62,042 nucleotides of DNA from Verrucomicrobiota bacterium (GTDB lineage: Bacteria; Verrucomicrobiota; Verrucomicrobiia; Limisphaerales; MWDV01), in NCBI GenBank assembly GCA_035411585.1, contig DAONTI010000028.1, positions 1 through 62,042 of the forward strand, in the 5' to 3' direction. Numbering within the stretch: position 1 is the first letter of the stretch; every line of letters begins with the position of its first letter. The notes beneath the pieces were generated by a model that worked only from the letters and a program-made list of their open reading frames with translations, ran no database searches and was not told the DNA's origin. Shown here in pieces: positions 47,035-56,776 of the stretch. The position numbers were made by a program, and so were the translations under genes.

Positions 47035-48561
47035 TCAGCCCCAAATCTGTCGGTCCAGCGAGCGCAGTTGCACCGCTTCGGAAACGTGATCGGCGGTGAT
47101 GTTCTCGGCGCCCGCCAAATCGGCAATGGTGCGCGCCACTTTCAAAATACGATCGTAAGCCCGGGCGCTGAGGTTCAAATCCGTCATGGCAAACTTCAGC
47201 AGTTCCATTGTCGGCGCGTCCAGCCGGCACCACGCCTTGATTTCGCGCGCGCCCATGCGGGCGTTGCACGTGACCTTGGGCCGGTCGCGAAACCGCGCTT
47301 GTTGACGATGGCGCGCAGCCATGACCCGCTCGCGAATCCGGGCCGAAAGCTCCCCGGGACGGGCATCCGTGATTTCGCGGAATTTCACCGCCGGCACTTC
47401 CACGTGCAGATCAATGCGATCGAGCAACGGACCGGAAATACGGTTGAGATAGTTATGGATTTCGCGGGGTGAACAGCGGGATTCCCCGGGCATTTTGCCA
47501 TCCGGCGTCGGGTTCATGGCCGCCACCAGCATGAACTGGGCGGGAAAGGTCATCGTGCCCGCCGCCCGGGAGATGGTAACGTGCCCTTCCTCCAACGGTT
47601 GGCGCATGGTTTCGAGGACGCTGCGTTTGAATTCGGGCAATTCATCGAGAAACAACACGCCGTGATGCGCGAGTGAAATTTCGCCCGGCGTGGGATTGAT
47701 GTTGCCGCCCAACAACCCGGCGTCGCTGGCGGTGTGATGCGGCGCGCGAAAGGGGCGGCGTGTCACCAATCCCTGCCCCGGCGTGAGCAGGCCCACGATG
47801 CTGTGAATTTTGGTGGTTTCCAGCGCTTCCGGGAGGGTCAACGGCGGCAGGATCGTGGGCAGACGTTTGGCCAGCATGCTTTTGCCCGTGCCGGGAGGGC
47901 CGATGAGCAGCACGTTATGCCCGCCCGCCGCCGCGATTTCGAGGGCGCGCTTGACGGATTCCTGACCCTTCACTTCCGCGAAGTCCAATTCATCCTCCGC
48001 CAGCGGCTCGAATACGCGATCCAAATCCACCTTGACCGGCGCAATCCTTACCGTGCCTTCCAGGAAACTCGCCGCTTCGCGCAGATTTTGCACGGGAATG
48101 ACCTGCAAACCCGCCACCACGGCGGCTTCCGCCGCATTTTCCGCCGGTACGAGTACACCGATTTTTCCCTCCGCTTGCGCCCGCAAGGCGAGGGGTAAAA
48201 CCCCTTTGACCGGACGCACGCCGCCGGTAAGCGCCAGTTCGCCGACAATGACGAAATGGTCCAGTTGATCGGTTTCAATCTGCTCACTGGCAGCCAGCAT
48301 CCCCAACGCGATGGGCAAATCAAAACTGGGGCCTTCCTTCCTCACGTCGGCGGGCGCCAGGTTGATGGTGGTGCGGCCCATGGGGAATTTGAATCCAGAA
48401 TTCGTAAGGGCGGTGGACACCCGATCCCGCGATTCCTTCACCGCCGCATCCGGGAGGCCGACAATGACCACCACTGTGTCGCCCCAACCGGCGTTGACCT
48501 CAACCTCGACCGGGTAGGCCTCAATGCCGTTGACGGCGGCGGAACAAACCCTGGCTAGCAT
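47035..48561 (-). CDS. YifB/ComM-family Mg-chelatase-like AAA+ ATPase
   Basis: The N-terminal ChlI-like domain (MLARVCSAAVNGIEAYPVEVEV), Walker A LLIGPPGTGKSMLA and Walker B LFLDELPEF are present. I set the start at MLARV. Confidence 0.85.
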   Translation of the reverse strand: MLARVCSAAVNGIEAYPVEVEVNAGWGDTVVVIVGLPDAAVKESRDRVSTALTNSGFKFPMGRTTINLAPADVRKEGPSFDLPIALGMLAASEQIETDQLDHFVIVGELALTGGVRPVKGVLPLALRAQAEGKIGVLVPAENAAEAAVVAGLQVIPVQNLREAASFLEGTVRIAPVKVDLDRVFEPLAEDELDFAEVKGQESVKRALEIAAAGGHNVLLIGPPGTGKSMLAKRLPTILPPLTLPEALETTKIHSIVGLLTPGQGLVTRRPFRAPHHTASDAGLLGGNINPTPGEISLAHHGVLFLDELPEFKRSVLETMRQPLEEGHVTISRAAGTMTFPAQFMLVAAMNPTPDGKMPGESRCSPREIHNYLNRISGPLLDRIDLHVEVPAVKFREITDARPGELSARIRERVMAARHRQQARFRDRPKVTCNARMGAREIKAWCRLDAPTMELLKFAMTDLNLSARAYDRILKVARTIADLAGAENITADHVSEAVQLRSLDRQIWG

Positions 48562-48655
48562 GCCGGTATTCTCGGGCAGTTCGGCGCCGAAGGCAATGCG
48601 GTTTTCCGTCCGCATCCTTGTTCCCGCCAATGGGTCCTCACCAACATTGGGTACA

Positions 48656-48682
48656 TGAAAAAGGGGCAGCTTGCGCTGCCCC
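48656..48682 (-). terminator. Rho-independent terminator after the PEP-CTERM gene; hairpin usable in both directions
   Basis: The 8-bp GC stem GGGGCAGC/GCTGCCCC (loop TTGC) is flanked by AAAAA on one side and a T-rich run on the other. Confidence 0.55.
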
Positions 48683-48720
48683 TTGTGATTCGTTTTTAAG
48701 CGACAAATGCCTCGGTCAAC

Positions 48721-49398
48721 TTACTTGCGGATCCGGCGCATTCCCGCCAAGCCAGCCAAGCCCATCCCCAAGAAAGCCAGCGTCAAACCGCCATCGGGAA
48801 CTTGAAGGACGTCTTGGGCATTGCCACCGCTACTGTAAGTGATATTCAACACCTTTACACCGTACTCACCGTTTGCATCGGCTTTCCAATAGTCCCAGTC
48901 CTCTTTTTCACTCCACAGCAAACCCAAAAATGCATTGGCTGCAGGGCTGCGGAGGTCAATCTCATCTTCCAGCCACCAAATAGCCGTCTGCAGTATTTGG
49001 GCATCACTTTCGCGACCACTCCCCGGCACGTAATCATAACCACTGAGGGTGCCTTTCGTGAACATGCTGAACAGATACGCCGTCCCCAAGGAAATAGGAT
49101 CGTGTCCATGCTCATCCTGCCCGCCAAAACCGCCAGCCACAGCAGCATCATCCGGATTGATCTGGTAATTGTAAATATAATTAGGATCGCTGCTATGATA
49201 CTCGTTCCTTTCGACACAGAACGTTTGAAAACTGAATGCCTGATCGGGATCAGCACTGGTCACCGTCAATTCCCCACGCTCTGCACCGTAGTAACCGGGC
49301 TCGTGAGTGATGTACACCGTTCCACTCGCCGGGATCGCCCACACAGAAGTTGCGGCCATTGCGCCAGCCAGGATTGTTGCTGCTAGTATCTTTTTCAT
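48721..49398 (-). CDS. PEP-CTERM sorting-domain secreted protein (VPDGG variant)
   Basis: The signal peptide is MKKILAATILAGAMAATSVWA. The C-terminus VPDGGLTLAFLGMGLAGLAGMRRIRK has the PEP-CTERM architecture: a motif, a TM helix and an Arg-rich tail. I set the start at MKKIL. Confidence 0.7.
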   Translation of the reverse strand: MKKILAATILAGAMAATSVWAIPASGTVYITHEPGYYGAERGELTVTSADPDQAFSFQTFCVERNEYHSSDPNYIYNYQINPDDAAVAGGFGGQDEHGHDPISLGTAYLFSMFTKGTLSGYDYVPGSGRESDAQILQTAIWWLEDEIDLRSPAANAFLGLLWSEKEDWDYWKADANGEYGVKVLNITYSSGGNAQDVLQVPDGGLTLAFLGMGLAGLAGMRRIRK

Positions 49399-49540
49399 AA
49401 ACTTCGTCTTTCCGTTATTTGTTTTGTCGCTTCGTTGATTTATTCGTTCAACTCGCCTCAGTTTAAGCATGGCTGGTGCCAACCGAAGCGAAGCCGACCA
49501 AACCGAGTATTTCGATTTACTGACTTCGTCTCTCTGAACA

Positions 49541-49588
49541 GTTGTAAATTGCTTTTGTTCACAAACTTACAACGTTGCCAATTTACAG
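49541..49588. promoter_or_regulatory. Inverted repeat GTTGTAAATTGC ... GCCAATTTACAG (9-10 bp arms, about 25-bp spacer) in an AT-rich intergenic region
   Basis: Seen directly in sequence. It lies about 145-190 bp upstream of the PEP-CTERM gene start and may be an operator or an RNA stem. Confidence 0.3.
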
Positions 49589-50046
49589 AACCTCTGCGTT
49601 TTAATCCACACAAATTTTTCTGAGCTGTCCCTGAGTTTTCCCCCGTCTGCTTTGAAAGTGTAAGACAGACCGACGGAAAAAATGGATTTAACCGACATTG
49701 AATGCGTAACTTGCTTTTGACGAGGATGTTACGACGAAAAATGGCAGTCGCAAAAAAGTGTAAAGTCGGCTGACAGTTTTTACCCGACAACCCGACAACA
49801 GACCTCGCCGAGTCACATCCCATTTATTATCAATATATTACGTCGCGTTGAAATCGTTTTTCCCCTTGGCTGAGTCCGTATAATCCCCGATATCGTTGTT
49901 TTTCAGCCGACAAGGCTGAGGAGCGGGAATGGGAAGAGAAGACCCGATGGATGGGCGATTTCTCGCAAACCCCGTTTGATAAGGGCCATATCAGACGGCT
50001 GTCAAATCCAGCGTGCCTAGGCCGGCGATTCTGCTATGCTGCGTTC

Positions 50047-51159
50047 GTGCGCATCGGATCGCTAACATTGGCTTCCAATCTTTGCCTTTCTCCGTTGGCG
50101 GGTTACACTTCCCTGCCGTTTCGGCTCGTGGTGCGTGAGTTGGGCGGTCTTGGCCTGGCGACCACGGATCTGGTTAACGCCCGTTCGCTGCTCGAAAAAC
50201 GCGCTCCCGCTTTCAAACTCATCGAAACCCGCCCCGGCGATGAGCCGCTGGCGGTTCAGCTTTTTGGCAGCGTCCCGGAGGAAATGCGGGAAGCCGCGCT
50301 GATGGTGGAAGCGCGGGGCGCGGCTAGTATTGACGTCAACATGGGCTGCCCGGTGCGAAAGGTCTGCCGGGTCGGCGGCGGCAGCGCCATGATGACCGAG
50401 CATGCCCGAACCGCCGCCTTGGTCAAAGGCATGGTGGAGGCGGTGAAAATTCCTGTCACCGCTAAAATGCGGCTCGGCTGGGATGACACCAACATCACCG
50501 CTCCGGATTTGGCCCGGGAACTGGAAGCGGTCGGGGTGGCGGCGATTTTCGTTCATGGACGCACCCGCGAGCAGGGGTTCGGCGGAACGGTGAATCTGGC
50601 CGGCATCCGCGCCGTGGTGCGGGCGGTCCGCCACATTCCGGTCATTGGCAACGGCGATGTGACCACTCCCGAAGCCGCGCGGGTCATGCTGGAACAAACC
50701 GGATGCACCGGCGTCAGCATCGGCCGGGGAGCTTTTTATGATCCGTGGATTTTCCAGCGGACCCGTCATTATCTCGCCGCTTCCAGTCCGGGCGAACTAC
50801 TGCCGGAGCCGTCCTTTGACGAGCGCGTGCGGTTGATGTGCCGGCACTTGGATCTGATGATCGAGGTGTTTGGTGAAGAATCCGGTTGCCGTATGTTTCG
50901 GAAGATTGCGCCTTGGTATGCGCGACGCTTTGGTCCCAGCCATGCCTTCAACCAACGCGTCGCCCGGTTGTCCTCGCGCGCGGAATTTGAGGAAATCCTT
51001 GCTGATTACCGGCGTTACCGGCAGCGGTTTTTGGATGCAAACGGCGAACTGCTGCCGCGATTCCGGCCCGCCCCGTTAACCGCATCGTTCATGCAGCACA
51101 GCAACCCATCGGCCTCGGCTCACATTCCTGTTCCCTCAGGGCCGGTGGACCGATGGTGA
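50047..51159 (+). CDS. dus: tRNA-dihydrouridine synthase (DusB-like)
   Basis: VRIGSLTLASNLCLSPLAGYTSLPFRLV matches the Dus N-terminus (...PMAGxTDxPFR). The catalytic region is NMGCPVRKVCRVGGGSAMM. A GTG start at 50047 is inferred. The ORF is open back to 49951. Confidence 0.8.
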   Translation: MRIGSLTLASNLCLSPLAGYTSLPFRLVVRELGGLGLATTDLVNARSLLEKRAPAFKLIETRPGDEPLAVQLFGSVPEEMREAALMVEARGAASIDVNMGCPVRKVCRVGGGSAMMTEHARTAALVKGMVEAVKIPVTAKMRLGWDDTNITAPDLARELEAVGVAAIFVHGRTREQGFGGTVNLAGIRAVVRAVRHIPVIGNGDVTTPEAARVMLEQTGCTGVSIGRGAFYDPWIFQRTRHYLAASSPGELLPEPSFDERVRLMCRHLDLMIEVFGEESGCRMFRKIAPWYARRFGPSHAFNQRVARLSSRAEFEEILADYRRYRQRFLDANGELLPRFRPAPLTASFMQHSNPSASAHIPVPSGPVDRW

Positions 51160-51249
51160 TTAGCCGACCGCCGCCACATTCGTCGGGAAAAACACGGCAT
51201 TCACGACAACAACGGCACGCTTCCCAACCGGGAGCACGATGCACAGCCG

Positions 51250-52665
51250 TCACTCCTTCTTGGCCGCTGCCATTTTTGTTCCGGACAAATCACGCGCTCG
51301 GGCCCCGCCTGAACTGGAAAGCGCGGCGGCGGATGATTGGCCCTGATGGTTGCTGCCAGGAATGGCGCTGGTGGGCGCCGCCGTTTTCGCTTTCGCGAGA
51401 TGGCCCTGGCCGATGGAGACGCCGTTGAAGACGCGTTTGGTGAGTTCGGCATCGGCGGGATATGCGGGCGGGCGCGGCCAGAAATTATATTTGAAATTCT
51501 TCCAGTTGTCGCCGCGCTGGTAGTTGGTGCCGAGCGCGCCGCTGGGATCATAGCCGCAATGCACCATGCAATTCTCGCAGCGCGGATCGCGCGCCACGCC
51601 GTTCACCACGCCGTACCGGTCCCAATCCACCTGCGTCAGCATTTCCTGATAAGTGGGATAATGCCCGGCGCTGTGGAGGGTATCGGTCATCAAGTAGCAC
51701 GGCGCCTTCCAGCCTTGCACGTTGTAAGTGGGAATGGCCCACGCGGTGCAGGTCAACTCCCGTTTGCCGGCCAGGAACTCCTGATAAACCGGGGTGCCGA
51801 AGATGGTGAAGGCTTTGCCCCATTCCTCAATTTTCGCGAACTTCTCAATGGTCATCTTCCGCGTCAGGAAGAATGCCTCGGGATTTTTCCCCAAGCGTTT
51901 GACCATGTCCTGCTTTGCGGCGTCGTAATCGTAGCCCGGCGAAATCGTGTGTCCATCGCAGCCGAGTGAAGAGAAGAACTTGAACATCTCCTCGATTTCG
52001 CGCACGTCGGTTTCGCGATAGACTGTGGTGTTCGTGGCGACCTGGTAGCCGAGTCGCTTTGCCAGTTTGATCGCCGCCACGCACTCTCGGAACACGCCTT
52101 CGCGCTCGACGATCAGGTCGTGCGTGTATTCGAGGCCGTCCACATGGACGTTCCAATAGAGCCATTTGCTGGGGCGGATGACCGGGCGCTGATCTTCCGG
52201 TCCCCGGCGGATGATCGCCGCGTCCGCCTCGGCGATGAGTTGTTCGGCGAGCAGTTGCCGCAGCCGGGCTTCGTCGGCGGGATGCTCCGGACGATGCACC
52301 GCCGCCAGATAATCTTTCAGCTTCTTCCGCATGAAGACGCCATTGGTGCAGATGTACACAATGCGGCCCTGGCGCCGGAGACCTTCCACCAAGGCCTCGA
52401 TCTGGGGATAGATCAGCGGTTCGCCGCCGCAGATGGAAACCATGGGCGCGTCGCATTCGTCGGCCACCGCCAGACATTTCTCCAGCGGCACCAGGTTTTT
52501 GAGCGACGTGGAATACTCGCGAATCCGGCCGCAGCCGGTGCAGGTGAGATTGCAGGTGTGCAGCGGCTCCAACTGCAACACCAACGCAAACTTCGGCGTG
52601 CGGCGCAGCTTGTGCTTGAGAATGTGCCCGGCGATTTTGACCGAAAGAGCGAGCGGAAAACGCAT
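51250..52665 (-). CDS. Radical SAM enzyme of the HpnH (adenosylhopane synthase)-like family with a C-terminal DUF3463-like domain
   Basis: LQLEPLHTCNLTCTGCGRI gives the CX3CX2C cluster in the HpnH-like context. Downstream blocks (ICGGEPL, YICTNG) follow. The start is set at MRFPLAL, because the upstream in-frame codons are not protein-like. No other hopanoid genes are nearby. Confidence 0.65.
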   Translation of the reverse strand: MRFPLALSVKIAGHILKHKLRRTPKFALVLQLEPLHTCNLTCTGCGRIREYSTSLKNLVPLEKCLAVADECDAPMVSICGGEPLIYPQIEALVEGLRRQGRIVYICTNGVFMRKKLKDYLAAVHRPEHPADEARLRQLLAEQLIAEADAAIIRRGPEDQRPVIRPSKWLYWNVHVDGLEYTHDLIVEREGVFRECVAAIKLAKRLGYQVATNTTVYRETDVREIEEMFKFFSSLGCDGHTISPGYDYDAAKQDMVKRLGKNPEAFFLTRKMTIEKFAKIEEWGKAFTIFGTPVYQEFLAGKRELTCTAWAIPTYNVQGWKAPCYLMTDTLHSAGHYPTYQEMLTQVDWDRYGVVNGVARDPRCENCMVHCGYDPSGALGTNYQRGDNWKNFKYNFWPRPPAYPADAELTKRVFNGVSIGQGHLAKAKTAAPTSAIPGSNHQGQSSAAALSSSGGARARDLSGTKMAAAKKE

Positions 52666-53007
52666 GGTTACAAGGTGGCGGCTGGGGCCGGGTGCGCGGC
52701 CAACGGTAACGCGGCCTCCGCTCCCGGCGCCGGCGGGGACGATTGCTGCATGAACATCAACGGACTGATCGGCACGCTGGTGTTCACCCCGCTGCATCCG
52801 ACCGCGCCTAACAGCAGGACCAGCGCGACGACGGCAGCGCACAACTGGCAAACGGATCTTTTCACGAAGCTGCGACTATACGCCCCTCCGCCGGGGCTGC
52901 AACTGTTTATTCTTGGCGCCACATTGCGAATCAATCCACAGACATCGGCCACAATCGGCTTGTTGCGCAGTTCGCCGCCTCCGTAACATGGGCGGCAATT
53001 GACAAAC

Positions 53008-55008
53008 ATGAAAACGCTTGCTCGCCCGCGCCCACGATCAAATCGTCCGTCGGGACGATTTCAATTTTTGACTTGGTTCATCGGCTGTTGGTTCGTGGCG
53101 GTGGCGACGGCATCCGGCGCGGCCGAGCCGGATCTGGCATTGCTGCGCGGGCGGGTGCTGGAAGATATCTTCGTCTTGCGCGACTATCGTCCGGGCAAAA
53201 ACAGCTTTGTTGAAAGCGCCGAGCGCCATCCCGGCGCGTGGACGAACATCGGTTATCGCTACACGTTGCTTGACGTGCGCGGCCAGGGATCGCTCCGTCA
53301 CCTCTGGACAACGCGCCAGGCCGGCGAACCATTCTTCGACTGGGAATTTTTTGTGGATGGCGAAACCCAGCCCAGTCTGCGCGGCACGGACGTGGGACTG
53401 GTGGAAGCGACGCGTCGGCTGCCGACGCCGGTGGGACCGGTGAATTACTTTCCGGTGGATAACCAGGCCTTCAACCTTTTCCTGCCCATTCCCTTTGAAC
53501 GCAGTCTGCGCGTGGACGTGGTGCAGCGGCTGCCGCAATTCTGGCTGTGGTTCTGTCAACTGGATTACCGGTTAAACGACGATTCCCTCCGGGGCGCGCG
53601 CTTGTTCAGCCAGGGCAGCGGAACGAACTTGTCCCTTGCGTACGTGGGATTGCCCCACCAACCACTCGCCCAGCCGCCCTCCAGCCTGCCGCGCGTGCCT
53701 CATGCTTTAGAGTCCAAGACAATTCCGCCCGGACAACACCGCACGCTCGCGCAACTGACCGGCCCGGCGATTGTGCGGGAGTTGCGCCTGCGCTGGCCCA
53801 CCAATGCCGTGTTGCGTCTGCGTGTGCGTTACGATGGTGCGGCGGGCGACGCCATCAACTCGCCGGTGGCGCAATTTTTCGGTCCATTCCGCGGGGTGTC
53901 TTACTTTGAACACACTCCCGGCGACGCAAGTTGTTATCTGCCCATGCCCTTTCGCGAGAAGCTCGAACTCATCCTGGCCAACGAGGGCGACGCGGCGGCC
54001 GACGTGGCGGGCGAGGTCGTCGTGGAAAAGGTGCCCGGCTTCGCGCCGTCGTGGGGTTACTTCCATGCCCGCCATCAACGCACGGAACGCACGGACGGAC
54101 ATCGTCTGCATCAGGTGCTGTACGCGCGGGGACGCGGGCATTGGCTGGGCATGACCCTTTACCGGACGGGCCACGATCACGGTGGCGGTGATTTTGCGGT
54201 CTTGGACGGTGAGGGCGAGACGCCGGCATTTTTGCATGGAATCAACGGCGAGGATTATTTCACGTTCGCCTGGTTTGGCCGGGGAGCGCATCATCCCTAC
54301 GCCATCGCACACGCGAATGACGTGGGTCGTTACCGGCATCATTTCGAGAACGTTTACCCCTTCCAAAAATCCGTGGCCATCGAGTGGGGGGCGTTTGCGG
54401 ATCTCAGTCCGGAAAGCGTGGCCGTGTGGTATCAGGATTCACCGGAGGACACCACCCTCGCGGACGGCGCGCGCGCGGAATCCGCCGTCTGGGACGTATT
54501 CGGGCCGGTGGCTATTCTGCATGACGCCGTGGGCCGGGCGACGGCGGATCCGTTTTCGGTCCTGCCCTCCGTGGCCGATCTTGACGCGGGCAAACAGTTT
54601 GAGTGCCGGCTGGTGAAAGAGCGTTTCCGGTCCGGCTGGCAAAAAGAATGGACGGTCGGGCCGATGTTGAATCTGACCTACATCGCGCGGCACGGCACGA
54701 AAGTGGATCCGGAGCGGGAACTGGGCGGCATGGGCCACGCGTTTCTGGCGCGACGGTTTGTCGTCGCAGACACGGCCCGCACCGTGCCGTGCCTCTTCGC
54801 CCACGATGATCCGGCGGAAGTGTGGGCCAACGGCGAACGGATTTACACCGGCGCGCAGCATTTCAACGGGTTTGAAACCACAACGCTTCAACTGCCCCTG
54901 CGCGCGGGTAAGAACGAAATCGTCGTGCGCCTGACGAATTACTTCAACCGGAACTTCAACTGGACCGGATTTCTGCTGCGACCGAAAACCGGGGACGGCT
55001 GGCGTTGA
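53008..55008 (+). CDS. Hypothetical secreted protein (possibly a DUF2961 / jelly-roll glycoside-hydrolase-like fold)
   Basis: The signal peptide is MKTLARPRPRSNRPSGRFQFLTWFIGCWFVAVATASGAAEP. It is a large beta-rich protein with no catalytic motif I can assign confidently. The DUF2961 resemblance is only a recollection. Confidence 0.5.
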   Translation: MKTLARPRPRSNRPSGRFQFLTWFIGCWFVAVATASGAAEPDLALLRGRVLEDIFVLRDYRPGKNSFVESAERHPGAWTNIGYRYTLLDVRGQGSLRHLWTTRQAGEPFFDWEFFVDGETQPSLRGTDVGLVEATRRLPTPVGPVNYFPVDNQAFNLFLPIPFERSLRVDVVQRLPQFWLWFCQLDYRLNDDSLRGARLFSQGSGTNLSLAYVGLPHQPLAQPPSSLPRVPHALESKTIPPGQHRTLAQLTGPAIVRELRLRWPTNAVLRLRVRYDGAAGDAINSPVAQFFGPFRGVSYFEHTPGDASCYLPMPFREKLELILANEGDAAADVAGEVVVEKVPGFAPSWGYFHARHQRTERTDGHRLHQVLYARGRGHWLGMTLYRTGHDHGGGDFAVLDGEGETPAFLHGINGEDYFTFAWFGRGAHHPYAIAHANDVGRYRHHFENVYPFQKSVAIEWGAFADLSPESVAVWYQDSPEDTTLADGARAESAVWDVFGPVAILHDAVGRATADPFSVLPSVADLDAGKQFECRLVKERFRSGWQKEWTVGPMLNLTYIARHGTKVDPERELGGMGHAFLARRFVVADTARTVPCLFAHDDPAEVWANGERIYTGAQHFNGFETTTLQLPLRAGKNEIVVRLTNYFNRNFNWTGFLLRPKTGDGWR

Positions 55009-55023
55009 GCGGACGGCGACCGC

Positions 55024-55839
55024 TCAGAGCGCCAGAATCTGATCGAGTTTTTCGGAGATGACGCGGAGGCGCGCCTCCGGCGAGACCCCTTTGGGCTCGT
55101 ACGCCGGCTCAACGGTCACCCAGCCGGAATAACCGATATCGTCGAGCGCCTTCATCACGGCGGGCCAGTCATTGTCGCCTTCCAGAAACTCGACGTTGAA
55201 TCCAGCGTAGGGACCGCCCGCCGCCATTTTTTTCCGGCTGAATTCCTTGATGTGAACATGGACGATGCGCGGTCCGAGAATGCGAATCCAATGCTCCGGC
55301 CACCCGAACGCCACCACATTGCCGACATCGAATTGCCAACCCACCGCCGGACTGTTGAACTCGTCCACGTACCGCGCGGCTTCGAGCGGGCTAAGCAGAA
55401 AATTGTTCCAGACGTTTTCAAAGGCGATCTTCACGCCGAGTTCCTCCGCCAGCGGCACGGCCTGGCGGAACCCTTCCTGCGTGCGGGCGTAGTTTTCGGC
55501 GTAGGTCGTGGCTTCGTTGACCCCGCCGGCCACTGCCAGCACGGAATGCGCCCCGTATTGCTTGGCCTCGCGCAAGGCCTGTTTGACGCCCTCCACCGCC
55601 GCGAGCCGGTCGGCCGCCGAGGCGGAGGCGAGGTGGCGTGATTTGGAGGCGCAGACCACGCTGTGAATAAGCACGCCTGTTGCATCACGCGCGCGCAACA
55701 GCGTTTCCACGTCGAGATCCATCGGCGGCTCAATCCCATGGAAGCCCGCGTCCTTGAGCGCCTTAAACTTGTCCAGCGGTTCCCGGCCCGGGACGGAGCC
55801 GTACCAAAATCCTTTTTTCCAGTTACGTTTCATACGCAA
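55024..55839 (-). CDS. Sugar phosphate isomerase/epimerase (xylose-isomerase-like TIM barrel)
   Basis: FENVWNNFLLSPLEAARYVDEF and HIKEF with metal-binding Glu/Asp/His are typical of this family. It is a paralog of the next gene. Confidence 0.8.
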   Translation of the reverse strand: MRMKRNWKKGFWYGSVPGREPLDKFKALKDAGFHGIEPPMDLDVETLLRARDATGVLIHSVVCASKSRHLASASAADRLAAVEGVKQALREAKQYGAHSVLAVAGGVNEATTYAENYARTQEGFRQAVPLAEELGVKIAFENVWNNFLLSPLEAARYVDEFNSPAVGWQFDVGNVVAFGWPEHWIRILGPRIVHVHIKEFSRKKMAAGGPYAGFNVEFLEGDNDWPAVMKALDDIGYSGWVTVEPAYEPKGVSPEARLRVISEKLDQILAL

Positions 55840-55848
55840 ACCCGCAGG

Positions 55849-56760
55849 TTACGACGCCAAGATTTGGTCCACCCGCTGGGCGAGGTCCTGGAGGCCCTCC
55901 GGGGTGTCGCCACCCCCCTGTTCGGTAATGACCCAGTCGCGATAACCAATTTCATCCAGCGCCTTCATGATGGCGGGCCAGTCGTTGTCGCCCTCCCGTA
56001 ATGAAACCTGGAACCCCTTCCACAAGCCCTCGCTGTCCCGTTTTTTCCGGCTGAATTCCTTGATATGCACCTTCGCGATGCGTTTGCCGAGGATGCGGAT
56101 CCATTGTTCGGGCCAGCCGTAGTTGAGGATGTTTCCGCAATCGAAATGCCAGGCCACGGCGGCGCTTTGGAACTCGTCCACATACCGCGCGGCCTCAAGT
56201 GGACTCAGGAGAAAATGATTCCACACATTTTCCAAGGCGATCTGCACGCCCAACTCCTCCGCCAGCGGCACCGCTTTGCGGATTTCGGTTTGGGACCGTG
56301 CATACGCCTCGGCATAGGTAACCTCCTTCTTCACCGTGCCGGGCACGAGCAACACGGAGGTCGCTCCGTAACGCTTGGCTTCGCGGAGGCATTGTTCCAG
56401 CGCAGCAAGCCCCTCGGCGCGCACTTTCGGATCGGGATCCGTCAACGGTTTGCTCCAGTGATGCGCGCCGCAGACGCTGGGGATTTCCAAGCCGACCTCG
56501 TCCCGGGCCCGCAGGACTTCCTCCACATTCATGTGGCTCATCATTTCGACTCCGTCGAAACCGGCCGCCTTGACCGCTTTCATTTTTTCGAGCACGGAAC
56601 CTTTGAGCCCGATGGTGGCCCACATGATGCCTTTTTTGAGCGGGCGCCCCGCCGGCTTGGTGGCGGCTTGGGCGCGGGCAGAGAGAGAGGCAAAGCCGAG
56701 GGTGGCGGCGGCCAGGCCGCAACCACCGCGATGCAGGAATTGGCGTCGAGTCATGATCAA
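55849..56760 (-). CDS. Tat-exported sugar phosphate isomerase/epimerase (xylose-isomerase-like TIM barrel)
   Basis: The twin-arginine signal is TRRQFLHRGGCGLAAATLGFASLSARA. LENVWNHFLLSPLEAARYVDEF is nearly identical in motif to its neighbour. Confidence 0.8.
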   Translation of the reverse strand: MIMTRRQFLHRGGCGLAAATLGFASLSARAQAATKPAGRPLKKGIMWATIGLKGSVLEKMKAVKAAGFDGVEMMSHMNVEEVLRARDEVGLEIPSVCGAHHWSKPLTDPDPKVRAEGLAALEQCLREAKRYGATSVLLVPGTVKKEVTYAEAYARSQTEIRKAVPLAEELGVQIALENVWNHFLLSPLEAARYVDEFQSAAVAWHFDCGNILNYGWPEQWIRILGKRIAKVHIKEFSRKKRDSEGLWKGFQVSLREGDNDWPAIMKALDEIGYRDWVITEQGGGDTPEGLQDLAQRVDQILAS

Positions 56761-56776
56761 GATGGATGAGTGGGGT

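Noticed and set aside
52120-52986. 288-aa plus-strand ORF
   Set aside because: It is antisense to the radical SAM gene and bridges into the divergent intergenic region. It has no motifs.
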